Origin: Octopus vulgaris
Lineage: Eukaryota
Length of the DNA stretch: 64,000 bases
Assembly (NCBI GenBank): GCA_951406725.2
Contig: OX597827.1
Location: forward strand, 58,032,001-58,096,000
Direction of reading: 5' to 3'
Part shown: positions 40,771 through 54,036 of the stretch, in pieces
Layout: the number at the start of each line of letters is the position of its first letter
Numbering within the stretch: the stretch's first letter is position 1
Translations under genes and position numbers: made by a program
The notes under the pieces: generated by a model
Database searches by the model: none
Seen by the model: only the letters and a program-made list of their open reading frames with translations
Told to the model about the DNA's origin: nothing

Positions 40771-42013
40771 TATAGCCCACTGAGATAATCGGTTTATTGT
40801 ATCACATTCATCAAATGTTGAGCTTGTCAGCTGAAACAAAAGAAGTTAATATTTATTTCTTATCAAGTATTCTAGACATATTCACAATCTTTGTAATATT
40901 GTTAATGATTTATGAAAATAACATGCAGAATACATCTTTCAAATAGATGTTTTGTTTCTTTGTGTATTTACATTTTTATTGTTTCAAATCTAAGGTGGCT
41001 TATTTCAGTTACTATTCTATCAATCACCTTGATATAATATTATCAAGATAGAGTTTTAGTCTTTCTCCAGTTTCCCATCGATTCACAAAGCAACACAAAT
41101 ATTCATTCTGATGCATTTGTTATTTTTAAAAGCTACACTTTCAGACTTCAACCAATTAACACATCTCTTGTAGCAAGAAGGAAAAAAAAAAAAGAAAAGG
41201 AAAGGAAGCAAAAAAAAAAAAAAAGAAAGAAAGAAGAAAAAAAAGAAAAATCTCAAAGATTACAACCTTGAAATGTCAGCAGAGTAAAGTTTTGAAGTGT
41301 CTGCTTCTGAAACTGCGAAAAGATCTTCAATTTCCCCTCACAGTTGAAATTTCCACTTAGGACAGGAGCAGTTAGGCAGTTAAAGTCGGAGTTATTGATA
41401 TTCATAAAATATGAATGAGGCCTTTAATGTATGGATTGATTCTCTTTTTTTAGTAACGTGTAGTAGATGCATAATCAAGATTGGTCTTATAATTCACTGT
41501 CTTCATTAATTTATATACTTTATTTTAATCATGGGGAAAAAATAGCTTATTCAATCATTGGTATTCTTACATGTAGAAACGAGGAAAAAAAAAATCTAGT
41601 TTCTTCCTTGTTTCTAGATAATAACCTTACCATATGCTCTTCAATACATTTCAAACTATTTCTTTGTCCACATGACAGAATGGGCAACACTTCTGTTCTT
41701 CTACAATTGTTAAATATTCAATTAAATATATCACAACTCCTTGACTATACAACAACTAACAGATATTTTTATTTCAAGGAATTGTAAACTGTGAATCTGC
41801 AATTTTTTTATTGTATATATCAGGGTATATATCTGTGTGTGTGTGCATACCTGAATATGTGTAAAAGTATGTGTATGTCTGTGTGCATGTGTGCGCGCGC
41901 ACACACACACACACACACAGTATATGGCTGTATATGTGTATATAGAAATAGGTAAGACTTTATATATAAAGTGAGAGAGAGAGAGAGAGACATACACATG
42001 CATGTATATATAT

Positions 42014-42152
42014 CATCATCATCATCATCATCATCGTTTAACGTCCGCTTTCCATGCTAACATGGGTTGGACGATTTGACTGAGGGCTGGCAAACCAGAC
42101 TCCAATCTGATCTGGCAGAGTTTCTACAGCTGGATGCCCTTCCTAACGCCAA
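42014..42152 (-). mobile_element. Retroelement 3' tail ending in (GAT)n
   Basis: Reverse complement reads GGCGTTAGGAAGGGCATCCAGCTGTAGAAAC...GGACGTTAAACGATGATG, the same family as 50020-50286. Confidence 0.85.
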
Positions 42153-42240
42153 TATATATATATATATTTATCATCATCATTTAAAGTCCATTGTCCAGCA
42201 TGGACAACAAACAGACTTTAAATGAATTTTGCTTAAATGT

Positions 42241-42617
42241 ATTCTTTTACTTGTCATTTGACTGTGGCCATGCTGGAGCACCACCTTTAGTTGAGCAAAT
42301 CGATCCCAGGACTTATTCTTTGTAAGCCTAGTACTTATCCTATCAGTCTCTTTTGCCGAACCACTAAGTTATGGGGACGTAAACACACTAGCATCAGTTG
42401 TCAAGCGATGTTGTGGGGACAATCACACACGCACACACACATATATATACATATACATACGATGGGCTTCTTCCAGTTTCCATCTACGAAATCCACACAC
42501 AAGGCTTTGGTTTGCTCAAGGCTATAACAGAAGACACATGCCCAAAGTGCCATGCAGTGGGACTGAACCTGGAACCAAATGGTTGGTATGCAAGCTACTT
42601 CCTACACAGCCATGCAC
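42241..42617 (-). mobile_element. SINE family A, full length
   Basis: Complete reverse-complement copy of the 7883-8330 type. Confidence 0.9.
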
Positions 42618-42974
42618 ATTAATTAATGACAAAAAACATGACTTGCGTAATCATATTCAATGGCTTAAAGCCCTTTCCACCAAGCGAATATCATGAAGAG
42701 GCATCTTATTGCTTCATCAGAGCCTTCTCAATGTGTGTATATATATTATCATCATCATCATCATTTTAACACTCGTTTTTCCATGCTTATATGGGTCAGA
42801 TGAAATTTGTTGGACAGCCTTTTTTGACACAAGCAAGAATACAGAAGTGGGCATTAAAATGCCAATTATGATGATGATATATATTTGTGTATGTATGTGT
42901 GCGTGTATATGTATATACATATATATATATATATAAGTCCAAACCATGCCAGCATGGAAAGCAGACATTAAATG

Positions 42975-43295
42975 ATGAAGTCCAGAAAGGTACTACCTCT
43001 GTTAGTATTGAAGGACCTCTCCCTCAGAGTGAAAGGCAGATTGTACGATGCTTGTGTGCAAACAGCTCTGCAATGTGGTAGTGAGACATGGGCTATGACT
43101 ACTGAGGGTATGCGAAGACTCAAAAGAAATGAAGTCAGTATGCTCCGCTGGATGGGTAATGTCCATGTACATATACATTGGAGTGTATGTGATTTAAGAG
43201 AAAAACTGAGTGTATGAGGCATCAGATGTTGTGTGCAAGAGAGAAAACTACACTGGTATGGCCATGTAATGCATCTGAATGAAGACAGTTGCTAG
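42975..43295 (+). mobile_element. RTE LINE ORF fragment
   Basis: LSLRVKGRLYDACVQTALQCGSETWAM...MLRWM...DLREKL, then after a stop LHWYGHVM. Confidence 0.9.
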
Positions 43296-43564
43296 AATGT
43301 CAAGGGGTGAAAGGTTGTTTAGCTAGCTAGCTTAGGTCAGGATGCATATACATATATTTGTACATACACTCACACAAGAGATGTTGACCCACCCACCCAT
43401 ATGGTCAATTTTAGTAGCTTGTATAATTTATGGTTGGAAGATAATCTCACCATAAGTCTGTCATCGCAGTCACCTCAAGTCTAGGGCAGCTCGCAGTCAG
43501 ACTGACCGTTATACAAAATAAAAATTAATACCATATCCATCTTCTGGTTACTTAAGAAATTATT

Positions 43565-43614
<50 letters not shown>

Positions 43615-45171
43615 TATACACATAAAATGGACCATTTTAACCTCTATATCTGAGTCTCTGTAGTCTGCTCATTTCTGTCTCTCTCTCTCTCACTCCCCAC
43701 CTTATTCCTTATTATTGATATTCATCACTCATGTTCTCTCCTGTCACTCTGTTTCTTCAATTACTTCTTCCATTACCCAATGATCATATAGCCATGTGTC
43801 ACTCTTATTAATCTCACCTCTGTTACCCTCTTACTCTGGTTCTTGCCCATTTTGTTCTGTTACATTTTTGGTCATGTGTTTTGTATTCAATCCCCCTTAC
43901 CAATATCTTAATTTAACTACTTCACAATCATTTCTTTCTATTCATTCCCTTCACCAACAACCATCATACAACTGCCTACCACATTCTCTCTTCCATTACT
44001 CTTCTATAACATTCCTACTCTGGTTTTCTTCTATAATTTTCTCACATCTATTATTTCTTCACTCCTATCACCTTGGCCTTCTTCAATCTCACCATCTTCT
44101 TACCCATTTGTATAGAAAAAACAAAAAAGAAGCAAATGAATGAAGAACACAGTGAAGAAGTAATACTTTAATTTTTCTGGGGATGAAGGAATAAATGAAG
44201 AGAGTATTCTTTAGTCATGCTGGAATAAAACAACTCCTCCAGTACTTGGTGCCTTGATAAAATACATCAAGTACACTCTCTAAAGTGGTTGTCGAAAATA
44301 ATGGCATTTAGGTATAGAAATCTTTCAACAAATAAAATATATGGGTAAAATGTAATCTTTATGGCTATAACTCTGAATAAAAACCAATTTAAATGGTGAC
44401 AACCCATTTAATGCATGCCACCAAGCAGACATAAGATGGTGATGATAGTGTGTGTGTGTGTGTGGTGTAAATAGTAATAGAATAACTTGGTTTGAAAGAC
44501 AGCTTAAATGAAAAATAGTTTAAGCTTATGTGAAAATGCAGTACTACTGATGTTCTCTTCCTAATGATCCATCTATAGATGTTCTTAGCTAAGAGTTTGC
44601 AACATTATCCAGTGTTCTTGGTCTGGGGCAGATCTTTGACCAGAAGCCATGTTCTCAATAGTCTTGTAGTCACTAAAAAAAGCTAGATGTAGATGAATAG
44701 TTTATGAGAACCAAGCATACCATGTGCAGAAATGCTATTATCAAATAATGTAGTATGTTGATATCCATCAGAGTTCAGTTCTCAGCCCTTATGATTGATT
44801 AATTTTTTAAGCCATAACAGAGTTAGCCATGAAGCTTCTGTATTTTGATGACCTTATTCTCATAACTGAATCTCTTTCTTTTTTTTAATTGTTAGAAGTA
44901 AATCAGTAATCAATAATTCCAAGCAATATTTTTTCTTATGTATTTAACATTTGATAATCTTTAGTCACTTTCTGGTTTATTGTACGTCTTCAATAGAGAC
45001 GCTAGGATTCCTTCTTTATACTATTTCAAAGAAGAGGAATTTTGTGTTGCTTTGTTTCCTGAGAAAGAACTCTAAGAAATATGATAAAGTTTATATATTG
45101 AGTTCAGAATAAAATAATGATGCTTAATTATTTTCCTGCTAATGTTTGGATTAGTTGATCGGATCTTTTAT

Positions 45172-45428
45172 ATTTTACTTGTTTCAGTCATTAGACTGTA
45201 GCCATGCTAGGGTACTGCCTTGAAGAATTTTTTAGGCTAACAAATTGACCCTAGTACTTATTGTTTTTCAAACTTTGTTCTTATTCTGTTGGTCTCTTTT
45301 GCCGAACTGCTAAGTTATGAGGATGTAAACACACCAATGCTGTTGTCAAGTAGTGTAGGGAGGACAAACATAAGCACACACGCGTGTGTATGTATATATG
45401 TATATATATATGTGTATGTGTGTGTATG

Positions 45429-45466
<38 letters not shown>

Positions 45467-45895
45467 AATGCAGAGTACTAAAAGCACAAGTTCCACTGGG
45501 TTGGACATGTCACAAGGTTCACAGACAGCAGGTGAACTGGTGCAGTTGCTAAGTGGTATCCAAGAGACCAGAAAAAACCACTTGGAAGGCTGCCATGATG
45601 ATGGGAAGATGATTTAGTCAAGCAGTTTGGGTCAAGATGGAATAGAATGATGCAATCAAAACAAAATTGGAAGTGCATTGTGACAAGCAGTGTAAAATAG
45701 CACCTAATGGCCTGGTCAATAGTGTGATATATGATGAGTTTTTTTCAGTTTCTATCTACCAAATTCATTCACAAGGCTTTGGTTGGTCTGAGGCTCTAGT
45801 AGGCAACACTTGCTCAAGGTGTAATGCCATAGGACTGAACCAAAAAACATTTGGTTGGGGAGCAAATCTCTTACCATATTGCCACATTTGTGCCT
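45172..45895 (-). mobile_element. SINE family A interrupted by an RTE fragment
   Basis: SINE 3' half at about 45172-45390 and 5' half at about 45730-45895. Confidence 0.8.
45472..45700 (+). mobile_element. RTE LINE fragment nested in a SINE microsatellite
   Basis: FHWVGHVTRFTDSR*TGAVAKWYPRDQKKPLGRLP**WEDDL matches the RTE WAGHV.R..D.RW....W.PR..KRP.GRP..RW signature. Confidence 0.8.
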
Positions 45896-46859
45896 ATTCC
45901 AATATTTTGGAAAACTTCTATTTCTACTTTTACTTTTCATTTGGTTTCTGTCATTTTAACTACTCTGTGTGTTGATTTTGTGCTCAAAAGACAAACTGGG
46001 CAATGCATGGCTGTTGCATTCATATCTTGTCCATTGTGTGATGTTGAATGTTTTTTAACTATCTTTTGCAAATAAAAGTCATGTTAGGATTGGCTGTTTT
46101 TAAGCTGAAGCTGGTTTGTCAATATGGTGGATGGTTCATTCATCTTATTTTAGGGAATGAAGCTTATGAAGAAGGCTCGAGTAGGAAAATAATCAAATAT
46201 TCTTTCATCCATGGAATGGTTAAAATGGCTGAAAACTAAGAAAATAAAATGCTGAAATGGAAATTTTCCAATACATTGAAATATCTGATCGCCTGTTCTT
46301 GGTTTAGGAAGGAAAATAATTACCATTCATGTTTAATTCATTTTGACATCATTTTCCTTCTACCTCTTCTGAATTGATATTACACAATGCAATCCCAGAA
46401 TTGGCACTGAAGATGCACAATATGATGGAACTGAACCACCTGCAGATTTAGAGATTGTTCGATATTAAATATAGAAGAAATAATATATAGCCTTGAATTA
46501 TTAATTATTTGCTTGTAACAACCTGAATAAAAAAAATAACTTCCTCATATGCTTCTTTCTACATAAGATGTATGAACCATTCTCTATTTTGGCAAAGAAA
46601 TTTCAGTCAAACAGCCAATTGCACCGTGGCTTCTATTTACATGAACTTGGCTATGGCATATTCAACGTTGGAGAATGGTTGAAATAAAATATGAGAGCCA
46701 TGTGTTGTTCAGCTCACACTTCAGGAACATAAACACATGGAATGGTTAAATAGCTGAAGAAAACAAAAGACAATAAAGCTAAAACTAATATTTTCCGAAA
46801 TATTAAAATGTCTGATTAACTGCCTCAAGCTTTAACAGCAAAAGAATTATTATTCCTTA

Positions 46860-47242
46860 TCTCTCTCTATATAAACGGCAGTTTGTCTGTGCGTGTTTCT
46901 GTGTGTCTGTTTGCTGTACCCTCACCCTGACCACGGCTTTCAACCGATTCTGACGAAACTTGACACACACATAGCCCAATGTCATAATTCAAAACTAACG
47001 TAGCGAAAATTTTGAAAAGTTCCCCCAGTTCTGAAAAAAATCGATAAATTCGACATGGGGTCGAGAATCAGAAACACAAACCGCAAACTGTCTAGGGGAC
47101 GCAACTCCACCTTTTTTCACTCTAAAAAAAAATTTACCATCATTTTTTTCCATTTTTTTGCTATTTTTTGGCTATAACTCTCTAAAAATGCTTTATAGTT
47201 ATTTCCCTTACAAACCTGAGCAACGCCGGGCGATACTGCTAG
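46860..47242 (+). mobile_element. Non-autonomous Helitron
   Basis: A|TC start, subterminal GC-rich hairpin CCTGAGCAACGCCGGG, and CTAG|T end. Confidence 0.85.
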
Positions 47243-47629
47243 TGTTATTCTAAATGTGTTGACCTTACTGTTTTTATACCATTTTTTTTTCTTTTTCTGA
47301 TAATGAAGCAACACAAATTCTTCTTGGGAGAATTGCTTTCCTGAGACAGTTACTGCAGTGTAGGTCTTTCCATGTTTGAACGTACAGGAACATGTTAAAT
47401 GTAATTGTACAATCTATATTTCAACCATCACTATTTAGTGTGCCTCTAATTAATGAATTCCAGCTTGACAAAGCTTTGCACATGACAGCAAATGTTTTAT
47501 TTGCTGTTTAAATATATGATTGACAGTTTCTTAGTGGATAGTGAATGATAGATTTGGTGTCTTTTGCTGGTGAAGTATAACACAGAAGCATGTATCTCAC
47601 CATCAGATGACATTGTTCATAATTCAGGT

Positions 47630-48085
47630 CTGTAGTTAAGAAACTTGCTTCCCAACCATGTGGTGCTGGGTACAGGCCCACTACATGGTACGATGGGCAT
47701 GCATCTTCTATTATAGCTGCATGTCAAGCTTTGCAAATAGATATGGTAAATGGAAATTGAGAGAAGCCCCTATGTAGGTAATGTCTGAATGTATGTACGT
47801 ACGTACTTATGTATCTATCTATCATATATGTGTGTGTGTGTTTGTGGTGTGTATCCTTGTCTTGTCACCATATGGTGATTGTAAATGTGCATCATCATAT
47901 GAGTGAGCTTGCGCATTTCCAGTTATGTATGACAAACATGTCTGGCTATAGGAAAATTTTAACCAGCTTGGAAACAGATGAGAGTTGGCAATAGGAAGGA
48001 CATCCAGGCATAGAAAATCTACCACAGCAAATTCTATTTGACTCCTGTAATCATGGAAAGGTGGACATTAAATGATGAGGAGAAT
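47630..48085 (+). mobile_element. Degenerate SINE with a family A head and a (GAT)n-type tail
   Basis: CTTGCTTCCCAACCATGTGG head and AGGAAGGACATCCAG...GGACATTAAATGATGAG tail. Confidence 0.7.
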
Positions 48086-48169
48086 GAGACAGTTACTGCA
48101 GTGGCTGTCTTTCCACATTTGAGTGTACACAAACATGTTAAATACAAATATACACAACTTTATTTTATA

Positions 48170-48547
48170 CTAGCAGTATCGCCTGGCATTGCTCGGGTTT
48201 GTTTCGACCCTTTAGAATTGGAATTTTTGAAAAGTAAAAATTTTGCATTATGTAGCTTGTTATTCTCTTTAAGTGAACATTTTTCTGGTTGAAATACACC
48301 GAAAAATGACGACACAGCAGTCAAAAAATCGTAAAAAATAGAAAAAAAGCACCTTTTTGGTGTAAATAATTTTTGGTCTTAACATGGTCCTATTTGAATT
48401 TTATCTTCTATGGAATGAAGAGCAAGCCTTCTTCTATCATACTCTCAATTTTGGTCAACTTGCGCTGCAAAGTCTCGGAGAAGAAAGTGTTAGTTGAAGA
48501 CTACTAAACCTGCCACACACAGACAACTTCAGCTTTATATATATAGA
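48170..48547 (-). mobile_element. Non-autonomous Helitron
   Basis: Reverse complement begins A|TCTATATATATAAAG and ends AAACCCGAGCAATGCCAGGCGATACTGCTAG|T. Confidence 0.85.
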
Positions 48548-49164
48548 TTACATGCAAAGTAAAGTGAGGCTGGATAGAAAGAGAAAACATCTTTGTCATG
48601 GATCCCCCACTCCCAGTTCATTATAAAGAAGTTTATTTCTTTATTTATGTATTTTTTATTTATTTGAATCTTACCATACTCATTTGCCCTTGTTTTAATT
48701 TTTAATTTTGATTTTTATCTTTTACGACAAATTTTTCTTAAACTTTTGATTCCTAAAATGGCCTTTCTTCTTTGACTGCGATTATTATACCTATTTCCAT
48801 GTATGTAGGCTTTTGTTTTGTTCACTTTTTGTCTTTAATGTTTATATTTTTTATGTCAGTCATTTTCATCTAACAAGTTCCTGTTATTTTGCAAAGTAAT
48901 AAACCCCTCTCTAATCAGCTTTAAATGTTTATTTGATGAACTTGTAAATAATTATGACTGCATCATTTATAAACATTTGTAAGCTATCATATTGTATGAT
49001 GATCGATTACATGAAACTCTAAGTAACAGTTTGTGAAGTTTTTTCAGTTTCAATAAAGCACTACTTTATTTATCTTTGGTGTTTGAGTGCTATTTTGTCT
49101 GAATTGTTTTGCACCTGTGTGCTTGCACATATGTACAAATACGCACACACTTATGTGTATGTAT

Positions 49165-49935
49165 ATATGAGGGGGTGCCCAAAAGAAACCAGAATTTTGC
49201 AATATTATTTTATTCACTTAGTTTTACATGTTTACACTTTTATTGCTTTGAAAGTATTATCAATTTGAAGCAATGCATAAGTCCAGATGGGTTTTCTGCT
49301 GTTTGAAGCAGTCCTGGAACTTTTGTGAAGTGATGCCTTTTAATGCCTCTGTCAAATTTTTCTTCTCCTCTTCCACATCAGCAAAACGTTTTTCCCTTAA
49401 GGATATTTTTCATTTGGGGTAACAAAATAAAGTCACATGGAGCAAGATTAACTTCCAACTGTTCTTTCAGTTCACAACATGTGCTCAGTCATGACTGCTT
49501 TTGATTTTCCATGAGCAAGTGAAGCACAAATTTTGCTGCAATTCTTTTCATTCAGAATTCCTCATTCAAAATTCATTGGCAGGAACTCCAGGACACACCA
49601 AACAAGTTTGTCAATTGTTCAGTGATGGCCTTCCAAGATCAGTTCATGAATTTTCGTGATGTTTTCATTCATTTGGAGGATTGATGGTCACCCTGAATGA
49701 GGTTGGTCTTCAAGTGACCATTCCTAAAGCATGAAAACCACTGCTCATGGCAGTGACCTTGTAAGCAGTTTGAAGCATGATAACTGTTTTAGCCATCATT
49801 TGCTCCAGCAGAAAACAGAATTTCAGGGAAGCATGTCCCTTTGTTTCAGCCATTACAAAAATCGACAAACAGGGAAGAAGCATTGCAAAACAAAGACACA
49901 CTATGTGGCAGTATGACTCCACTGGATGCCTGAGG
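49165..49935 (-). mobile_element. mariner relic, deleted and degenerate
   Basis: Minus strand gives ASLKFCFLL...KTVIMLQTAYK..AMS and EDQPHSG*PS (mariner HTH region). Terminus TATGAGGGGGTGCCCAAAAGAAACC. Confidence 0.75.
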
Positions 49936-50019
49936 GTTGCATCAAGTGTCTTCTAGTAGCATACATGCACACACACACATCTACGATTGCCCTGTTTTGG
50001 TTATTTATTATTTTTTTTA

Positions 50020-50286
50020 CCAGTGCTGCCTTGACTGGCTTCCGTGCCGGTGGCACGTAAAAAGCACCAACCGATTGTGGCCGTTACCAGCCTCGCCTGG
50101 CACCTGTGCCAGTGGCACGTAAAAAGCACCCACTACACTCACGGAGTGGTTGGTGTTAGGAAGGGCATCCAGCTGTAGAAACACTGCCAGATCAGACTGG
50201 GACCTGGTGCAGCCTCCTGGCTTCCCAGACCCCGGTCGAACCGTCCAACCTATGCTAACATGAAAAACGGACGTTAAATGATGATG
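50020..50286 (+). mobile_element. Retroelement 3' portion with (GAT)n tail
   Basis: Two GTGGCACGTAAAAAGCACC subrepeats, then GTTAGGAAGGGCATCCAGCTGTAGAAAC...GGACGTTAAATGATGATG. Confidence 0.85.
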
Positions 50287-50873
50287 CTGGTAGAAGGCAT
50301 CTATGGAACCTTCCATGCTGGTAATGACTAAAAACCAAATGCAATTCCTCCCCACCTCCAGTTGAAGACCCCAGCAGCAGCACAAACAGGGAAGGGCAAC
50401 ACCAGACAGACTAGCTGAGAAGGTGCCAATGTAGACTATAACTGAGACAGCAGCAGGTCAAACAATTTTAATACCTGACTCTGTCTGGTTCTACATATAT
50501 TGCTGAGCCTGGTCATGAAACCATAGCTTGTGGGTTACTCTTTATCAAGTTAAGAGTTATTGTAAACAAATTCATGCCATTAGCATTTTCTCTTGCTGAT
50601 AGTTTGTTCAACAGTATTTGTATTTTATATGCAGAGATTTCTGCTGGAGTATTTTTGCTCATCCATATTGTTGCTATTCATAACTAGCCTCACAAAATTT
50701 CCTCTGTTTCTATGAACATATATTGATCACTTTTAGTTTTGCCTACTGGTGAGAATATGTTTCACCGAGGAGGTCAAATATGACTGCAACATTTCTGTCA
50801 CTGTCATCAGTCAGCTTAAATGTCAAATTTAACCCCCACTTCTGCAGTCATCTTTCTTAGTTTTAGGTTTTAA

Positions 50874-51093
50874 CCCTTTAGCATTCAGATTAATCTGTCT
50901 GCTGTAATGCTTATTTATCCACATGGTTTCAAATTGATCATACATTATCTAGTAGCTTTGTGATTTCAATGATGTAATTATTTATGTTTAGAATGACATT
51001 GTAGTGTAAGTGTGAGAGGCCAGATCTGACCAGTGTGAACATAAAATAGATCAGATATGTGGGCCAGCTATGGCATGTTTGAATGCTAAAGTG
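50874..51093. mobile_element. piggyBac-like MITE, second family
   Basis: TTAA|CCCTTTAGCATTCA ... TGAATGCTAAAGTG|TTAA. Relatives end at about 5820 and 7030. Confidence 0.8.
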
Positions 51094-52851
51094 TTAAACA
51101 CCTCAGAAGGAATTTTTGCTCACTGTTTGTATGGATAATGTCAGTTAATCTAAAGTTTTCAACTTAGAATATTGTGTATAAGACACCCTACCATATTTGA
51201 TTTTAATGCAGATATTCTGTCTGTTTTTTCTCTTTCTCATTGAGCCTTTTCTCCCTTACCCTTTACTGTAGAGTGTTACTATTTAGCAAGTTTAATTCTC
51301 TCTGAATATTTATAATTATCAATTAGGTTAGGAGGGAAAATAAGTTTTCATTCACAAGATATTTGGTTTTGTTTCTTCTCATTTACTGAATGGTGGGGGG
51401 GAAACCTCATTCAATTGCCTTTAGATACTTAAGAAATAATAAGTAGGGTGAACTCATGAATATCTCCATAGAATTGATATAAATGATGAAATGCTGAAAA
51501 CATTAGAGTTTGTTCATTTTAGATAGATGGCTTTAATGTGCAATATTTTGCAGGAATTATTTGAACAGCAGCTTTACAACTGGATGATTTACTTGATATA
51601 AACTATTCCATTTTGAAATACCATATCTGATCTTAAATTTATAGACAAAGCAAACAGTGCATTATGCTTTGCTTAGAGAAAGAATGCTATGTATGCTTGT
51701 GCCAGAATTCCATTTCTTGTTGCTTTGGTTTAATAGCCTCAACACATAGTATTCAGTTGCTATACTTTGTGTAACCAATCTTATAATAGAGGGTATTGCC
51801 TCTAGGCAGAAATGCAGTTTGAATAAATAGACTTCACATTTAAACTCGTCACACTTATCAGGCAGCTGATCAATAGAACATTGGAGGAGCATTTCTTGTA
51901 GCAAAATGGATAGAGAAATAGCCTTGGTATAAAAATTTCAGTGTGTGCTGATATATAGATGCATTTACATTTTGATGCATTCCATTTCCTGCTCTGTTTA
52001 TAGGCAAATTATCTCATAGAGACATAGGAGTTGAACTATTGATTAATTATGTTTTGTGATATCTATTTGTAAGAAACTTTAAATTTATCTGCCAAAAGCC
52101 TCATGACCTAAGCTGATTCATTCATTTCTAATCCAGACAGTTGCTTGTTAACACTTCTGTATTTTCTTTAATGAAAGAAAATTTCTTGTGACTATAGTAT
52201 TATAGTGTGGCAGAAATATTCCAGAAAAAATTCTTTATAGTAATTGCATCTTGCTTTAATTTTTGCCAGTTAATTATCAGTGAGGTATAGGAATTAAATA
52301 TTGATTACAAATTTTGGCACAAGGCCAGCAATTTCAAGGGAGAGGATAAGTTGATATAATCAACCCCAGTGTTCAACTGATATTTATTTTATCAATTCTG
52401 AAAGGATGAAAGGTAAAGTTGACCAAGGCAGAATTTGAACTGAGAATGTGAAAATGGCAATGGCAATGAGCAAAATACTAGCAATTTTTCCAGATCACTG
52501 CCTTATGTGAATTAAATATTAGTACTTGTAAGGTGAGTTATATTCACAAGTTACTATTTATTAGATGAAACTGAAGAATTTAATAAACAAAACAGTTAGT
52601 TTGCCCAACTAATAGTATGTTGTTAGTTTTCTCTCTCTCTCTCAAGGTAATTAATTCCATTTTTTCTCAGAAGTAGAACCAATGTAGAATGTGGTATCAG
52701 TTTGTTCATTTGGGCCATTTAGTTTTTTACAACACAGGAGATATAATAATGTTCTTTTACATTTTTTTTTCTTTTCTCCTTCCCTTAGCAAAATTTTTAG
52801 TGACAAGGAATACAAGTTCATATACATAATGAGCAAATTTGTTAAACTTAA

Positions 52852-53041
52852 TCCTTTTGAAACCAAATTTCTGTTAAGATACACAGTTTTGTTTTCAATT
52901 ACTTTTGAAAATAATGAAAAATTTAGTAAAACGACTCTGTCGTTAAAATGCTTGTATATGAAACACAAATTAACATGAAATTTTGATGGACAGTTTTGAG
53001 ATCACCTTGAATTAGTCTCAGGTGGGTTGGTATCAAAAGGG
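52852..53041. mobile_element. piggyBac-like MITE
   Basis: TTAA|TCCTTTTGAAACC ... GGTATCAAAAGGG|TTAA. Confidence 0.75.
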
Positions 53042-53170
53042 TTAATTTTGAGGTCATTATTGAGGGGATTACTTTCTTTTTTTGCTTGCAATTTTAAGAA
53101 TTTGGTCGTAACAATTTTCTCCATTTAAATTTTACGTTTAAATTATGTTTCAGGTTAATGATCTGCTGTA

Positions 53171-53201
<31 letters not shown>

Positions 53202-53458
53202 TCAAAATGAAATTACTTAGATTTTTGACAGTTGAGGAAATTGCCTTTTTTTGTCTTTCTTCATAGTGTTATTCTTTTAATTCTGCTCTTTTGATTTAAA
53301 TTGAATTGTCATTTTGAATGTGATGATATCACCGAACTATTGGTGTCTGTCACTATTTCTAATTTAACAATAATTCTTTTCCATACTATTTACTCTACCT
53401 CCATCTTTTCCTTCATTTTCTGTCTTTACTGAAAAGTAGATGCTAAAATGCTGGTTTT

Positions 53459-53496
53459 ATATATATATATATAATGTGTGTGTGTGTATGTTTGTG

Positions 53497-53527
<31 letters not shown>

Positions 53528-54036
53528 GTATGTATATGTATGTATGTTTGTATGTATATGTATGTATGTTTGTATGTATATGTATGTATGTTTGTATGTA
53601 TATGTATGTATGTTTGTATGTATATGTATGTATGTTTGTATGTATATGTATGTATGTTTGTATGTATATGTATGTATGTTTGTATGTGTATGTATGTATG
53701 TTTGTATGTGTATGTATGTATGTTTGTATGTGTATGTATGTATGTTTGTATGTATATGTATGTATGTTTGTATGTGTATGTATGTATGTATGTATATGTT
53801 TGTATATATATGTATGTATATGATTGTATATATATATATGTGTGTGTGTGTGTATGTATGTTTGTATGTATATATATGCATGTATCTATATTTATGTATA
53901 TACATATATATATTGTATATATGTGTGTATATGTATGTATATATGTGTGTGTGTGTGTGTTTATATATATTTATAGTTATAGATACATATTTATACACAC
54001 ATATTTATATATTAATATGTACATGCACACACACAC
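53459..54036. repeat. TA/TG microsatellite containing a 22-bp higher-order minisatellite
   Basis: Unit TATGTATGTATGTTTGTATGTA/G repeated about a dozen times over about 53513-53785. Confidence 0.9.

Noticed and set aside
46405-46450. CTGAAGA...GAAC hammerhead-like string
   Set aside because: GAAA is absent and stems I and II do not pair convincingly.
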